Positions 18,896-29,961 are shown, counted from the stretch's first letter. The stretch: DNA of 64,000 nucleotides from an uncultured cyanobacterium (GCA_963793425.1 CAWCAG010000007.1:608001-672000); one strand, 5' to 3'. The notes: generated by a model not told the origin, from the letters alone. Numbers and translations: made by a program.

Positions 18896-20080
18896 TTATC
18901 TTTCCCCAGTCACTAATCCTGGTTTACCAATAAGAATTGTCTGCAAAGTTTCGACTACTTCTTGAACTTGAAGATCTTTAATACCTGGATACATAGGTAA
19001 AGAGAGAATTTCTGTTGCTAAAATCTCGGCATGAGGAAAGTCCCCTTCTTTATAGCCCAAATATTCGTAGGCTGGTTGCAAATGACAAGGAGTTGGATAG
19101 TGAATACCTGTTTGTATGCCCTGGCTGGTTAAAGATTCTTGAATTTGCTGGCGAGATGAGGGACAAGATTCTGTAACCTTAACCACATAAAGATGATAAA
19201 TATGCCCGGTATCGCTTTGATTTTGGATTGGGACTATGCCAGGAAGTTGTAATTCTTTGATGTATGTGTCGTATAGTTTCCCTGCTTTGCTGCGGGCTTG
19301 ATTCCATTGTTGAAGGAAAGGCAGTTTAAGGTTGAGAATGTTAGCTTGTAAAGTATCTAAACGACTATTCCTACCCGGTTCAGTATGGAAATATTTGCGA
19401 CAAGCCCCATAATTTCTTAAAGCCCTGGCTTTCGCTGCTACTGTTGCATCGGAAGTTAGTAGCATTCCAGCATCTCCAAATGCTCCCAAATTTTTGCTAG
19501 GGTAAAAACTAAAAGCCGCCCCTTTACCAATAGACCCAGCTTTGTAGCCTTCTTTCTTGGCTAAATGGGCCTGGGCCGCATCTTCAAAAATAATGAGGTT
19601 ATGGGTTTGGGCAAAGTTTAATAATTGCTGAGGGGAAACCATTTGCCCATAAAGATGTACTGGTACAATTGCTTTGGTTTTTGGGGTAACAGCTTCTGCT
19701 GCCGCAGTTAAATCAATTAAAGCTGTATCGCGATCGCAATCTACCATTACTGGGGTAGCACCTGTTTGGACAATACCGATTAAGGTAGCAACAAAAGTAT
19801 TGGCCGGTAAAATCACTTCATCCCCAGCCCCAATACCACAAGCTTCTAAACCTAAAGCGATTCCATCTGTACCACAGGCGACTCCTACTCCATATTCAGC
19901 CCCAGAAGCTTTACTGAAAGCTGCTTCAAAGTTAGCTACCCCTTGCCCTAAAACAAAATCTCCTCGTTGGAGGACAGCTTTAAATGCTTCTTCTAATTGG
20001 GCTTGAATCGGTTCATGTTGCGGGGCAAGATCAACAAAAGGAATCTTTACAGGGATAGCAGCCATAAGCATTGTCTCCAA
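18896..20080 (-). CDS. DegT/DnrJ/EryC1/StrS nucleotide-sugar aminotransferase
   Basis: IPFVDL, PVHLYGQ, EDAAQAH, FSFYPSKNLGAFGDAG. Confidence 0.93.
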   Translation of the reverse strand: METMLMAAIPVKIPFVDLAPQHEPIQAQLEEAFKAVLQRGDFVLGQGVANFEAAFSKASGAEYGVGVACGTDGIALGLEACGIGAGDEVILPANTFVATLIGIVQTGATPVMVDCDRDTALIDLTAAAEAVTPKTKAIVPVHLYGQMVSPQQLLNFAQTHNLIIFEDAAQAHLAKKEGYKAGSIGKGAAFSFYPSKNLGAFGDAGMLLTSDATVAAKARALRNYGACRKYFHTEPGRNSRLDTLQANILNLKLPFLQQWNQARSKAGKLYDTYIKELQLPGIVPIQNQSDTGHIYHLYVVKVTESCPSSRQQIQESLTSQGIQTGIHYPTPCHLQPAYEYLGYKEGDFPHAEILATEILSLPMYPGIKDLQVQEVVETLQTILIGKPGLVTGER

Positions 20081-20337
20081 TAAGATTAATAGCCGTCCCC
20101 TCTACCTTAAGACTGAAAACCAACTCAAACCTATAAAAGATTAGTTGGTAAAGGGACTATTACACATCTTATTTATGGCTTATCTTACCCGTTGCTGAAA
20201 ACCCCAATAGCTGAAAAATTGATAAATTTAACTGTTGTTTCTTTTTCGCAAAGATAAGATTTGATAATGATAGCTTATCAAATCTAGGAATTTAAAGTTC
20301 AAAAGGGTAATACCGTTGAGGTAGATTAGGAAAACGG

Positions 20338-20997
20338 TTATAAAAGTATCTCTTCTCCTTGTTCTGTGAAAACCACCTTTTGAACATTCCATCGAGGATT
20401 ATCCACAAGGGTTTTTTCCAAGCTACCGAAGAGGGCAAACTTTTCACAACTAGATAAAGCAGCAAAAGGCCTTTTACTATCAGGAGAACGGCGCAAATCT
20501 ATTGTGGCAACTTGACTTTGAGGATCAATATTAACCCGATAACCAGCGACAGCAAAATCACTACCAGTCATTTTATCAATCACTTGCCCCACAGCCGTTT
20601 CAACCGGACTATCATCTTCTGAAAAAGATATTTCTTGAGCCACTAAACTATTACATTGATTATCCGCTATATAAATAGTTAGAGGGGCTTTGTCATCACT
20701 TTTAGCATTTGCATCTAGAGATTGACTAGGGACTTGAGAAGGTGAAGAGGAAGGGGAAGGGGAAGGAGAAGGAGTAACTTTCTTGGGAACAGTAGGTAAA
20801 CTATCCAAATCAAAGGGAGAAGGTTGACTTTCCTGGGGAGTTTGCACCTCAGAAGTTTTAGGATCATTCTCTTTGCCATTAGGGGCTGTGGAGATAGAGG
20901 AATGATCGCGGTTCAAACCTAAAAACAGACCCAAACCACCTAAACCAAGAAGAATACCAGTAAATATAGGGATCAGACGCTTATCAATAGTTTTCAT
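20338..20997 (-). CDS. membrane-anchored GerMN-like domain protein
   Basis: N-terminal TM, Pro/Ser-rich linker, C-terminal LSSCEKFALFGSLEKTL...VVFT. Confidence 0.7.
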   Translation of the reverse strand: MKTIDKRLIPIFTGILLGLGGLGLFLGLNRDHSSISTAPNGKENDPKTSEVQTPQESQPSPFDLDSLPTVPKKVTPSPSPSPSSSPSQVPSQSLDANAKSDDKAPLTIYIADNQCNSLVAQEISFSEDDSPVETAVGQVIDKMTGSDFAVAGYRVNIDPQSQVATIDLRRSPDSKRPFAALSSCEKFALFGSLEKTLVDNPRWNVQKVVFTEQGEEILL

Positions 20998-21280
20998 GAT
21001 CTTGCCCAAAACGATTAAAAATTATCTTTGCTATGTAATCGTTTTTCAGGCTAGAAACCTATTTCTCCGGATCGATTAATAACCTTCATTCCGCTCCGCC
21101 CTAGCCCTACCGACTTTTACCTCCTTTTCTTCTCAAAGCATTGCCAACCGCTAGACATTTCTAAGAATAGTTGCAAAAAACAATTACCCGCAAATAAATA
21201 GTTACAATCATAAAAGGGATATTAATTTATCTACACTCGTAGTTTATTCATCAACTAAAGCTTACAAGTCTCAAATATTT

Positions 21281-21472
21281 ATGGAACCTGGCAGTCCGTC
21301 TAGCAACTCTTCTGAACCTCCTAATTATCGGTGGGCAGACATCATAGGTGCTTTTATAGCTCTAATTACTATCGCTGTACCTACATTAGTCATTGCATAC
21401 TACTCCTCAAATGCAACCGTAGAAATTTTACCGCAGGCGAGTTACTCCCCATCGGCAATAAGTAGGAACTAG
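21281..21472 (+). CDS. small single-TM hypothetical protein
   Basis: 63 aa; WADIIGAFIALITIAVPTLVIAYYS helix. Confidence 0.6.
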   Translation: MEPGSPSSNSSEPPNYRWADIIGAFIALITIAVPTLVIAYYSSNATVEILPQASYSPSAISRN

Positions 21473-21663
21473 GTAATTGATCAAGGCTAGAGTACTCTGA
21501 CCCCAATCTAGACAAGAAAGATTCAGGATCAATCATCAAAGCAAAGCATTTAGTGGCTCATTTGCGGTTGCGATATTTCCTCGTGCAACCCTTTTCTATT
21601 AATATGGGCTAGTGTGCTTTTTAGCGCTGTATTGTATCGTATTGCTTTTTCGGAGTTTCCAGA

Positions 21664-22173
21664 GTGGACTTATCGCGTATTCCGGCTCAACCTGAACCTG
21701 GTTTAATAAATGTCTTAATTGAAATCCCTGCTGGGAGTAAAAACAAATACGAGTTTGACAAGGATCTCAATGCCTTCGCCCTCGACAGAGTTCTTTACTC
21801 TTCAGTACAATATCCTTACGACTATGGATTTATTCCCAATACCCTAGCCGATGATGGTGATCCCCTCGACGGCATGGTACTGATGGATCAGCCAACTTTT
21901 CCTGGTTGCGTCATTCCAGCTAGACCGATTGGGATGCTAGAAATGATTGACGGCGGCGATCGCGACGAGAAAATTCTTTGTGTACCTGATCAAGACCCTC
22001 GTTATACTCAAGTTAAATCTCTTGAAGATGTCGCTCAACATCGCTTAGACGAAATAGCAGAGTTCTTTCGTACTTACAAAAACCTAGAAAAGAAGGTCAC
22101 AGAAATTTTAGGTTGGCAAAATATTGATCGAGTTACTCCTCTAGTCAAACAATGTATACAAGCCTTCGGCTAA
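21664..22173 (+). CDS. ppa: inorganic pyrophosphatase
   Basis: [21 protein letters not shown] signature. Confidence 0.97.
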   Translation: MDLSRIPAQPEPGLINVLIEIPAGSKNKYEFDKDLNAFALDRVLYSSVQYPYDYGFIPNTLADDGDPLDGMVLMDQPTFPGCVIPARPIGMLEMIDGGDRDEKILCVPDQDPRYTQVKSLEDVAQHRLDEIAEFFRTYKNLEKKVTEILGWQNIDRVTPLVKQCIQAFG

Positions 22174-22212
22174 GTGATTTTTCTTGGGAGAAAATCTTGA
22201 TTAACCCAAGTT

Positions 22213-22228
22213 TGTGATGTAACTCACA
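22213..22228. promoter_or_regulatory. CRP-type binding site
   Basis: TGTGA-TGTAAC-TCACA, perfect consensus, in the ppa / MBL-gene intergenic region. Confidence 0.65.
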
Positions 22229-22558
22229 AGCTAGCTTTATCAACAACGCTAAGATAAAATTCACAAACTAGGTTTTGTAATAGCGCTAAAATCATTAAAT
22301 AAGCTAAAACTTCCTGACCAACTTAAGGGTGCTAGTAAATCAAAATTAGGGAAATCTATTTGATAAAAGCCAAATACCTTGGCAATTCATTTCAAAGCGC
22401 TACTATTTTTGTTATGGGTCGTAGGTAACTTTCAACAAGAGAAACTATGTACCCTTGCCTGTCGAGTATTCTTGACTCCAAGCAGGTAGCTTTTAATTAG
22501 GTCAAAGTAAACGCTTTGCAATTCAGCTGCTAACTAAACGGCTAACTTAAGCAAAAAA

Positions 22559-23440
22559 ATGGCAGAACTAGAGCCAGCAGCAACAAAATCACAACCACCC
22601 AAAACAAATAATCAGCAGACAAGCTCCGACAGTGAATTTGCTGTAAAGTTTTGGGGTGTCAGAGCAAAGGTTGCTACCCCTGGGAAAAATACGATTCGCT
22701 ATGGTGGTAATACTGCTTGTATAACAATGCAAGCGGGAGAGACTTTTCTGATTTTTGATAGCGGTACAGGAGTACGCAAGCTAGGTAATAGTCTCCTATC
22801 TCAAATGCCAGTCAAAGCTTATATGTTCTTCACTCACTGTCATTGGGATCGAATTCAAGGTTTTCCCTTTTTTGTACCTGCATTTATTCCTGGTAACAGT
22901 TTTCATATTTACGGAGCAATGGCTGCTAACGGTTCTTCTTTTGAAGATCGTTTACAAGAACAAATGAGCCAGCCCAATTTCCCCGTACCGATTGGGGTGA
23001 TGCAGTCAGAACTAAAGTTTTATAGCATTGATGAAGATGGTAAATATTGCTTAGGGGATATTACTGTAGAAACTATTCCCCTCAATTATGCCCATCGTTC
23101 TGTTGCTTATCGTGTTAACTGGCAAGGCCACTCTGCCGTTTGTGCTACGGATATACCTTACTCTTCAGATAATCCTAGTCCTAATTTAATTCATTTAGCC
23201 AACCAAGCAGATTTGTTGATTTTAAACGCTCCTAAGTTTTTGCCTGGTACAGAACAATCAGCTTGGCATAATTTGGTCAGTATAGCCAAGGAAACAGAAA
23301 TAAAAAAGCTAATTCTCTCGATGTATTCCCCTGAACAAAACGACGACTTGCTTGACAAAATGAAAGACAAAATTCAAAGTGTATTCCCCAATGCAGTCTT
23401 GGCTTGTGAAGGTATGAGTTTGTCCGTAATTGATTTTTAA
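22559..23440 (+). CDS. MBL-fold metallo-hydrolase with degenerate active site
   Basis: FWGVR, YGGNTAC, FDSGTG, THCHWDRIQGFPFF. Confidence 0.85.
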   Translation: MAELEPAATKSQPPKTNNQQTSSDSEFAVKFWGVRAKVATPGKNTIRYGGNTACITMQAGETFLIFDSGTGVRKLGNSLLSQMPVKAYMFFTHCHWDRIQGFPFFVPAFIPGNSFHIYGAMAANGSSFEDRLQEQMSQPNFPVPIGVMQSELKFYSIDEDGKYCLGDITVETIPLNYAHRSVAYRVNWQGHSAVCATDIPYSSDNPSPNLIHLANQADLLILNAPKFLPGTEQSAWHNLVSIAKETEIKKLILSMYSPEQNDDLLDKMKDKIQSVFPNAVLACEGMSLSVIDF

Positions 23441-23591
23441 AACTGAGAATTATTGTTTTTTTGTGTCCCTCTTACAAAGTTATACATACCACAGCCAAGT
23501 TATTCATAAATAAAACGTGATCGCGAACGTGATCTCAAAAACTGACTAGCGATACTAAGAATATAGAAATTAGAGCAGGTCAGAAATCATC

Positions 23592-23786
23592 ATGTATAAA
23601 AGAACCACAGGGCTAACAGAAAAACAAAAAGCTTTTTTGGTTATTTACTGTGATAGCGGAAGTATTACCAAAGCATCCCAGACTGTAGGTATACATCGCA
23701 ACACTGGCAGTCGATGGTTAAAAATGCCGAAAATGAGACGAGCAGTTGCTGATTATCTAGCGATTAGGGAACTTAAATCAGCCTAA
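23592..23786 (+). CDS. small HTH protein (terminase-small-subunit-like HTH)
   Basis: LTEKQKAFL...GSITKASQTVGIHRNTGSRWLK. Confidence 0.65.
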   Translation: MYKRTTGLTEKQKAFLVIYCDSGSITKASQTVGIHRNTGSRWLKMPKMRRAVADYLAIRELKSA

Positions 23787-24266
23787 GTTAGGAAATGTCT
23801 AACATTTATGTACTAGGGATAATGGAAATACGCTAACAATCAATCATTACCCTAATGTTTCTCAAGACTTATGGGGTGCAATCGTTAGCACCCTTGAAAA
23901 TCAACTTTTAATTATTATTAATAAATAATCATAAGTACAAAGGCTTAATTTTTACTCATTACTTTATACAAAAAAATATTGTTTGTTTAGTAGTTTCACA
24001 GTAGCAAGTAACTGACTTTAGGTTCTATAGTGGGCTACTATCTTAATTCCATATGAAAATATGGGTACTCTGAATTAAAGACTTTCATAACAAAAAAATC
24101 AGTATCTTCTAATACTTAAAGCTTCCATAATTTAGCTAAGAGAGTCTAGCTGGACTCAAATTAAGAATAGAAAAATCCTGAAAATAGGTATAACTAGTTG
24201 GATTTTACTTTCAGGGAAGGTATTTTCCTTGCTGTAGTAAGTAGCCAATAGAGTAGGAGTCAGAGG

Positions 24267-25319
24267 GTGATTCAAACCCGCCAAAGCTTTTCTGTTCCCC
24301 ATACTTCCCATTGGGATGATCAAGGTCTTCCAATCTCGAAACCCCAGGCAATAATGGGCGCTTCTTTTTTAGTCGTGGGAGGAAAAGAGTTTCTCGCAAC
24401 CTTCGTAGAAAGGTATATACAGTTGTTTGAAGGCAAAATTGAGATGTCTTCTTCTCAAGAAATCATACCCTTAATTGCCAGACAACAACCTGATATTTTA
24501 ATTGTTCAAGCTGGTTATCTTGACAATGCCATTTATTATGCAGATATCAAGCAACAAGCTAAATCAAATTGGATTTATTTCATTATTCTTGAAGTAACCT
24601 CTCTCCCTTGTTTAGATGCCGTCGAACAGCTAACCAAAACAGCCCAGGCTTTAGAAAATGGCGCAGATGCCTACTTGCAAGTTAGCTACTCTACCCCAAC
24701 AGATACCTCAACCTATTTAATTCAACAGCAAGACCGTTTATTTCTAGCACAAATTGAGGTTGGTTTACAAAGAGTGCGAAAATATCGGGAAATGAGAGAA
24801 ACCAATGATTTATTATCATCCATTGCTTTAGCCGATCCTTTAACAGGTTTAAGTAACCGTCGGGCTTTAGATTGGGAATTGGGGCGACAGATTGAAAATT
24901 CTTGGCGGCAAAAAATTCCTTTAAGCTTAATTATTCTTGATGTAGATTGTTTTAAATCAGTTAATGATAGCCATGGTCATTTAGTTGGAGATCGCGTCCT
25001 TAAATCACTGGCCCAACGCTTAAAAGCACACCTACGTCTTCAAGATCGTATTTTCCGTTACGGAGGGGAAGAATTTGTAATCTTGCTAGGGCAGGTGGAT
25101 GTCGATCGGGCATTACCTGTGGCCCAACGCTTGCGGCAAGTAGTTGAAGAAGAAACTTTCTATATTAATAAAAATTTATCTCTTGCTATTACTATTAGCT
25201 TAGGATTAGCTAATCTCAAAGCCACAGACGATGGTAAGGGATTAAGCTTGTTGAAAAGAGCAGATGAAAATCTTTTAACAGCTAAAGTTAACGGGCGAAA
25301 TCAAGTAGTGAGTGAGTAA
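24267..25319 (+). CDS. diguanylate cyclase (degenerate REC plus GGDEF)
   Basis: DPLTGLSNRR, RLQD I-site, RYGGEEF; start uncertain (ATG near 24354 possible). Confidence 0.9.
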   Translation: MIQTRQSFSVPHTSHWDDQGLPISKPQAIMGASFLVVGGKEFLATFVERYIQLFEGKIEMSSSQEIIPLIARQQPDILIVQAGYLDNAIYYADIKQQAKSNWIYFIILEVTSLPCLDAVEQLTKTAQALENGADAYLQVSYSTPTDTSTYLIQQQDRLFLAQIEVGLQRVRKYREMRETNDLLSSIALADPLTGLSNRRALDWELGRQIENSWRQKIPLSLIILDVDCFKSVNDSHGHLVGDRVLKSLAQRLKAHLRLQDRIFRYGGEEFVILLGQVDVDRALPVAQRLRQVVEEETFYINKNLSLAITISLGLANLKATDDGKGLSLLKRADENLLTAKVNGRNQVVSE

Positions 25320-25347
25320 GATAGAGACGTGAATTCCGAATGAATTA

Positions 25348-25596
25348 ATGGGCAAAAAAGAAATAGAATTAATTCAAATTCAAGATGCTCTTTTACAAAA
25401 TAAGTTCATTCACTATCGTGATTGGCTAATTGGCAGCAAAACCATCAATGGCAAGTTGTGGTTGCGCTGGCAACACCCCCAAGACAACTTTCCTCGCTGT
25501 GGCTGTCCTGTCGGCGAGAAAGGACTGACGGAGGTTATTGAATTTGTTCATTACTGGATCAATTTAGCTATTGAATTAGAAGAAAACAATACTTAA
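25348..25596 (+). CDS. hypothetical protein, paralog of 48263-48607
   Basis: Shares the YRxW...KT..G.LWL.WQHPQD.FPR.GCP motif. Confidence 0.75.
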   Translation: MGKKEIELIQIQDALLQNKFIHYRDWLIGSKTINGKLWLRWQHPQDNFPRCGCPVGEKGLTEVIEFVHYWINLAIELEENNT

Positions 25597-25885
25597 GTCT
25601 TGATTCTTCCTTGATAATCCTCTGCCAAAACCACTCTTTGGGAGGGGGTTTTTCTGGCAAAATATATCTGAATAAATATTTAGTCACCTTGAATTGCCAA
25701 TTAAAGATTGGGGATCACGGAAAACTTTATTAATTTTCATTTTGTTTAAATTGACAGTGCAATTAACTTTTGTCACAATAACTATAGGAAGGTAAACAAA
25801 GCATTTATTTTTTGAAACAAAAGAACTAAGTAACTTTAAGAACCTTTTTTTCATCCTAACTTTTTTAGCATTTTTCTTATTTGAT

Positions 25886-26149
25886 ATGAATTTAACCACC
25901 CCCATAATGCAAAAAGTACATTGTCCTAACTGCGGAAGCTATGCAGAAAGGCAATATATCATCGAAAAAGACATCACTACCACTCAATGTCCTAGTTGTG
26001 ACTATTTAATGGTGAATAGTTCTAGTACTTGTCAAGTTATGGAAGCTTATGCTCCTGGCATTAATCCTTGTGCTGCGGTTGACTTTGAGAAGCCCGCAAC
26101 TGACCGCAAGCGGCATCTGCTTCCAAGCCACGGGAGTAGCGGACGCTAA
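25886..26149 (+). CDS. small zinc-ribbon protein
   Basis: CPNCGS...QCPSCDYLM...EAYAPG; 3' end overlaps convergent rlmN. Confidence 0.7.
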   Translation: MNLTTPIMQKVHCPNCGSYAERQYIIEKDITTTQCPSCDYLMVNSSSTCQVMEAYAPGINPCAAVDFEKPATDRKRHLLPSHGSSGR

Positions 26150-27161
26150 CAGCAATTTTTTCTCGCCTCAGTGCTTCGGCAAAAGCTTGGATACGTTGTT
26201 CGCTGGGGCGTTGATAATCTGCTTCTTGGATAGGATTATAGGGAATCAGATTCACATGGGTTTGAAAGCCTCTAATTTGGTTAGCTAATTGTACAGCTTG
26301 GTCTGGCCAATCATTAACTTCAGCTAAGAGAATATATTCAAAGGTAATTCGCCGCCCTGTAATAGAGACATATTGGCGACATTCTTCTAAAAGATTTTCT
26401 AAAGGATAGCGAGAAGAACTAGGAATAAGTTGCTGCCGCAGTTTCTGATCTGGGGCATGAAGACTAACAGCAAAGGTAATTTGTAATCGATGTTGTGCCA
26501 AAGCCCGAATCCGCCCCGGCAAACCCACCGTAGAAATAGTTAGGGATCGCTGTCCAATACCCACATCTTGATTAAGAGATTGAACGGCTGTGACTACCTC
26601 ATCAAGATTAATTAAAGGTTCTCCCATCCCCATAAAAACAACGTTACTAACCCTCTGGCGAAAGTCTTCTTGTACTGTTAGGACTTGATCGACAATTTCG
26701 TGGCTTTTTAAGTTGCGGCTAAATTCTCCTTTTCCTGTGGCACAAAAATCACAAGCCATGGGACAACCAACTTGGGAAGATACGCAAACGGTAAGGCGTT
26801 TAGACGTAGGTATGCCTACAGTTTCCACGATCAAGCCATCGTGAAGGCGTAAAAGATATTTGCGAGTGCGATCAGGAGCTATAGTTTTATGATCTATAGT
26901 AGAGCGACCTAAAGCAGTATCTGCTAAACTAGTGCGCCATTTTTTGGGGAAAACAGAAATATCTAAGAGGGATCGCGCCCCTTTTTGATACAACCATTTA
27001 TATAGTTGTTGCCCTCTATAGGCTGGTTGCCCTTGTTGTTGAACCCACTCAGTTAACTCACTTTGGGACATGGCGAGGAGGGGAACTTCTTTGGTTACGG
27101 TTGCTTCAATTTGTTGATTTTCTGGAGTTTCAACTGGAATAGTCATTACGTCATTTATCAT
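26061..27161 (-). CDS. rlmN: 23S rRNA m2A2503 methyltransferase
   Basis: [29 protein letters not shown]. Confidence 0.96.
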   Translation of the reverse strand: MINDVMTIPVETPENQQIEATVTKEVPLLAMSQSELTEWVQQQGQPAYRGQQLYKWLYQKGARSLLDISVFPKKWRTSLADTALGRSTIDHKTIAPDRTRKYLLRLHDGLIVETVGIPTSKRLTVCVSSQVGCPMACDFCATGKGEFSRNLKSHEIVDQVLTVQEDFRQRVSNVVFMGMGEPLINLDEVVTAVQSLNQDVGIGQRSLTISTVGLPGRIRALAQHRLQITFAVSLHAPDQKLRQQLIPSSSRYPLENLLEECRQYVSITGRRITFEYILLAEVNDWPDQAVQLANQIRGFQTHVNLIPYNPIQEADYQRPSEQRIQAFAEALRREKIAVSVRYSRGLEADAACGQLRASQSQPQHKD

Positions 27162-27293
27162 TAAACATTGAGCATTGATCTACTATTTCTTACCCATTAG
27201 CTAAAGAGGGATAAACTCTGGTTGCAGTATTCTCTTAGCTACTTTTCAGGGTAGATGAGCAAAAGATTTTTTTCCGTTAAATTCAAAACTTCT

Positions 27294-27914
27294 TTAATCA
27301 ATTTCTACTCTTTTTTTAAAGATGCCCAAATGTTCCTCGTTTTGCCTTGAAGGAACAGAATTAGTGACAGGATCTAGCCTGCGAATTTGCAATTCACCGG
27401 AGAACAAATCACGAATTTCTTGAGGAGTTGAACCGAAAGGAGGGCCACTAGGTCGGTTATGGGTAAAGAATACACCGATTAATTTTCCTTGGGGTTTGAG
27501 TAAAGAAGTTACTAAGTTTAGATATTTCTTACGTAACTCAGGGGCGATCGCACAAAAACAAGTATGTTCTACAACATAATCAAAATAGTTAGGAAACTCC
27601 GCAGTTAAATCGAAAATATTACGTAGCAAAAATTTTACTGATAAATTAGCTTTCGCTGCTGAAGACTTAGCTGCTGTGATCGCAGAAGGAGCCAAGTCTA
27701 CCCCTGTCACCTCGAAGCCATGATTAGCAAACAATAAAGCATCGTAACCACGACCACAACCTAATACGACTGTTTTACCAGGCGCAGGTGCATCAGGGGA
27801 ACTAAGTAAGCTTACCAAAGGAGGTGCAGCTTTACCAAGATCCCAACGAGTATTCCCGGATTGGTATTTAGATTCCCAAAAATCTTTTGTCTCATTCAAC
27901 ATCTCATTTAACAT
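27294..27914 (-). CDS. TPMT-like SAM methyltransferase
   Basis: WDLG, LGCGRGYD, EHTCFCAI, GPPFG. Confidence 0.9.
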   Translation of the reverse strand: MLNEMLNETKDFWESKYQSGNTRWDLGKAAPPLVSLLSSPDAPAPGKTVVLGCGRGYDALLFANHGFEVTGVDLAPSAITAAKSSAAKANLSVKFLLRNIFDLTAEFPNYFDYVVEHTCFCAIAPELRKKYLNLVTSLLKPQGKLIGVFFTHNRPSGPPFGSTPQEIRDLFSGELQIRRLDPVTNSVPSRQNEEHLGIFKKRVEID

Positions 27915-27979
27915 CTAACATTTACCACTTATCATTTAAGTCTTAGCTTATTGCTTAGGTTGAGAATATTTGTACATTT

Positions 27980-28984
27980 TTGTTTATGGGAATTCTAAAT
28001 CTAACTTATTTTTCCCGTCGGGTTATTCTGGGCTGGTTGGCAATTATCTTAGTGGTGATCGCTGTTTTCGGTGGCGATGTAGCAACAGCTACTGCAACTC
28101 CTGCTTCTGATTCTGATTCTCATCTTGTCCACCACCTACTAGGTGAAACCTGGGTTCCTAACTATCCCCAGAGAATTGTTACTTTAGGAAATTCTGCCTT
28201 GGAAACTGCGATCGCATTAGGTATGCAACCTGTGGGTGCTGCCCCTTGGATAGGTGCTGGTAATGTGGGGGATTTTCCAGCTTATTTTCCTGGTCTAATA
28301 CAGAAAAATGTTATTTATCTTGGGGATGTTAATCAGCCAAGTTTAGAGAGAATACTACTCCTCAAACCAGATTTAATTTTAGGGAATTTTGTTGAACATC
28401 GAGGCATCTACTCACAACTGTCTCACATAGCCCCGACAATACTTTACGACTTTATGAGGACAACTTGGCAAGAAGTTTTTAAGAGTTATGGCGAGGCTTT
28501 AGGTAAGACAAAAGAAGCAGAATTAGTAATTAATCGCTATGAAAAACGAGTAGCTGAGTTTAAGCAGATTATGGGGGATAACCTTCAGACTCAAGTTTCT
28601 GTGGTACGCTTTTTACCTAGTCAAGTACGGCTATATATGAAGGCTTCTTTCAGCGGTACAATTCTTGAGGATTTAGGTTTAGCCCGCCCTGATTCTCAGG
28701 ATCAACAGAAATGGAAAGAGTCAATTTCTGTTGAGGCTATTCCTCGTGCTGATGGAGATGTACTTTTTATTGCCCAGAGTGATCCTCATAGTAAGTTGTA
28801 CCAGCAGTTTACCAAAAATCCCCTTTGGCAAAGGCTAGGGGCAGTGCAATCCCAGCAAGTGTATCAAGTGGACTATGAATATTGGATTGGTGGTTCTGGC
28901 CCCATAGCAGCTAATCTGGTAATTGATGATTTGTTGGGATATTTGAAGCCATTGGGAATTAACGAATTTCAAGTTTTGCAATAA
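27980..28984 (+). CDS. iron-siderophore ABC transporter substrate-binding protein
   Basis: PQRIVTL, PSLERILLLKPDLILG, LSHIAPT, NPLWQRL. Confidence 0.9.
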   Translation: MFMGILNLTYFSRRVILGWLAIILVVIAVFGGDVATATATPASDSDSHLVHHLLGETWVPNYPQRIVTLGNSALETAIALGMQPVGAAPWIGAGNVGDFPAYFPGLIQKNVIYLGDVNQPSLERILLLKPDLILGNFVEHRGIYSQLSHIAPTILYDFMRTTWQEVFKSYGEALGKTKEAELVINRYEKRVAEFKQIMGDNLQTQVSVVRFLPSQVRLYMKASFSGTILEDLGLARPDSQDQQKWKESISVEAIPRADGDVLFIAQSDPHSKLYQQFTKNPLWQRLGAVQSQQVYQVDYEYWIGGSGPIAANLVIDDLLGYLKPLGINEFQVLQ

Positions 28985-29267
28985 ATCTATACATAAGTTA
29001 AAGTTTAATAATATCACCAGTTAAAAAAGCACAGCTATAGGGTTTTGTACAAAACAAATTTTCACCGCACTGACATAAATAGAGCTATTTGGCAAGAGGT
29101 AAATTTAGATCAAAACAAATTAATAAAAGCTCGTTAACATAGCTCTACAAACACTTTAATAATACTAAATAAGCTGTTAAGCATTTGAACAACCTATTGT
29201 TAAATCATTCAAGAAAAGCTTTAAATCCTGACAACTTTCCTACTTTAGAAACCATTTAATAATAATA

Positions 29268-29933
29268 ATGAGCAAAAAGAACTTAGAGGAACTATCAGTA
29301 CAATTAGATAGCCCTAACTCTCGCGATCGCATGGTTGCCCTTGCTTCCTTGCGCGAATTTTCTCCTGAAGAAGCAATGCCTTTAATCAAAAAGGTTTTAG
29401 ATGACGAAATCTTACAGATTCGCTCCATGGCAGTATTTGCATTAGGAGTGAAACCCACAGAAGAATCCTACCCAATCTTAATCAAGCTATTAGAAACCGA
29501 CCCTGATTATGGTATACGCGCCGATGCAGCAGGAGCATTAGGCTATTTAAAAGATATTCGCGCCTTGGAACATTTAGTACGGGCATTTTATGAAGATACA
29601 CAATGGTTGGTACGTTTCAGCGCGGCAGTATCTTTAGGTAATTTACAAGATTCTAGGGCGCAAGAGGTATTAAAAAAAGCTTTGGATAGTGAAGAAGTCG
29701 TTGTCCAACAAGCTGCGATCGCAGCTTTAGGAGAAATCAAAGCAATTGATAGTGTTGGTGACATTCTCCGTTTTGCTCAATCTGATGATTGGTTAATTCG
29801 GCAAAGGTTAGCAGAAGCTTTGGGCAACTTGAAAACAGACAAAAGTATTTCTGCTTTGAATTATTTAGCTAAAGACAACCATCCCCAGGTTAGTGAAGCA
29901 GCAACTATTTCCTTGCAGCGTTTGATGGCATGA
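29268..29933 (+). CDS. nblB: HEAT-repeat phycobilisome degradation protein
   Basis: RSMAVFALG, DPDYGIRADAAGALG, WLVRFSAAVSLG. Confidence 0.85.
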   Translation: MSKKNLEELSVQLDSPNSRDRMVALASLREFSPEEAMPLIKKVLDDEILQIRSMAVFALGVKPTEESYPILIKLLETDPDYGIRADAAGALGYLKDIRALEHLVRAFYEDTQWLVRFSAAVSLGNLQDSRAQEVLKKALDSEEVVVQQAAIAALGEIKAIDSVGDILRFAQSDDWLIRQRLAEALGNLKTDKSISALNYLAKDNHPQVSEAATISLQRLMA

Positions 29934-29961
29934 TAAGGGAATGAACGAGTAACTTGTAAAT

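Noticed and set aside
13693..20080. Exosortase/Wza/Wzc cluster as a novel system
   Set aside because: Matches the already described cyanoexosortase B locus type.
27955..27980. Fur box ahead of the siderophore-binding protein
   Set aside because: Only a half-site (TTGAGAAT) is recognisable.
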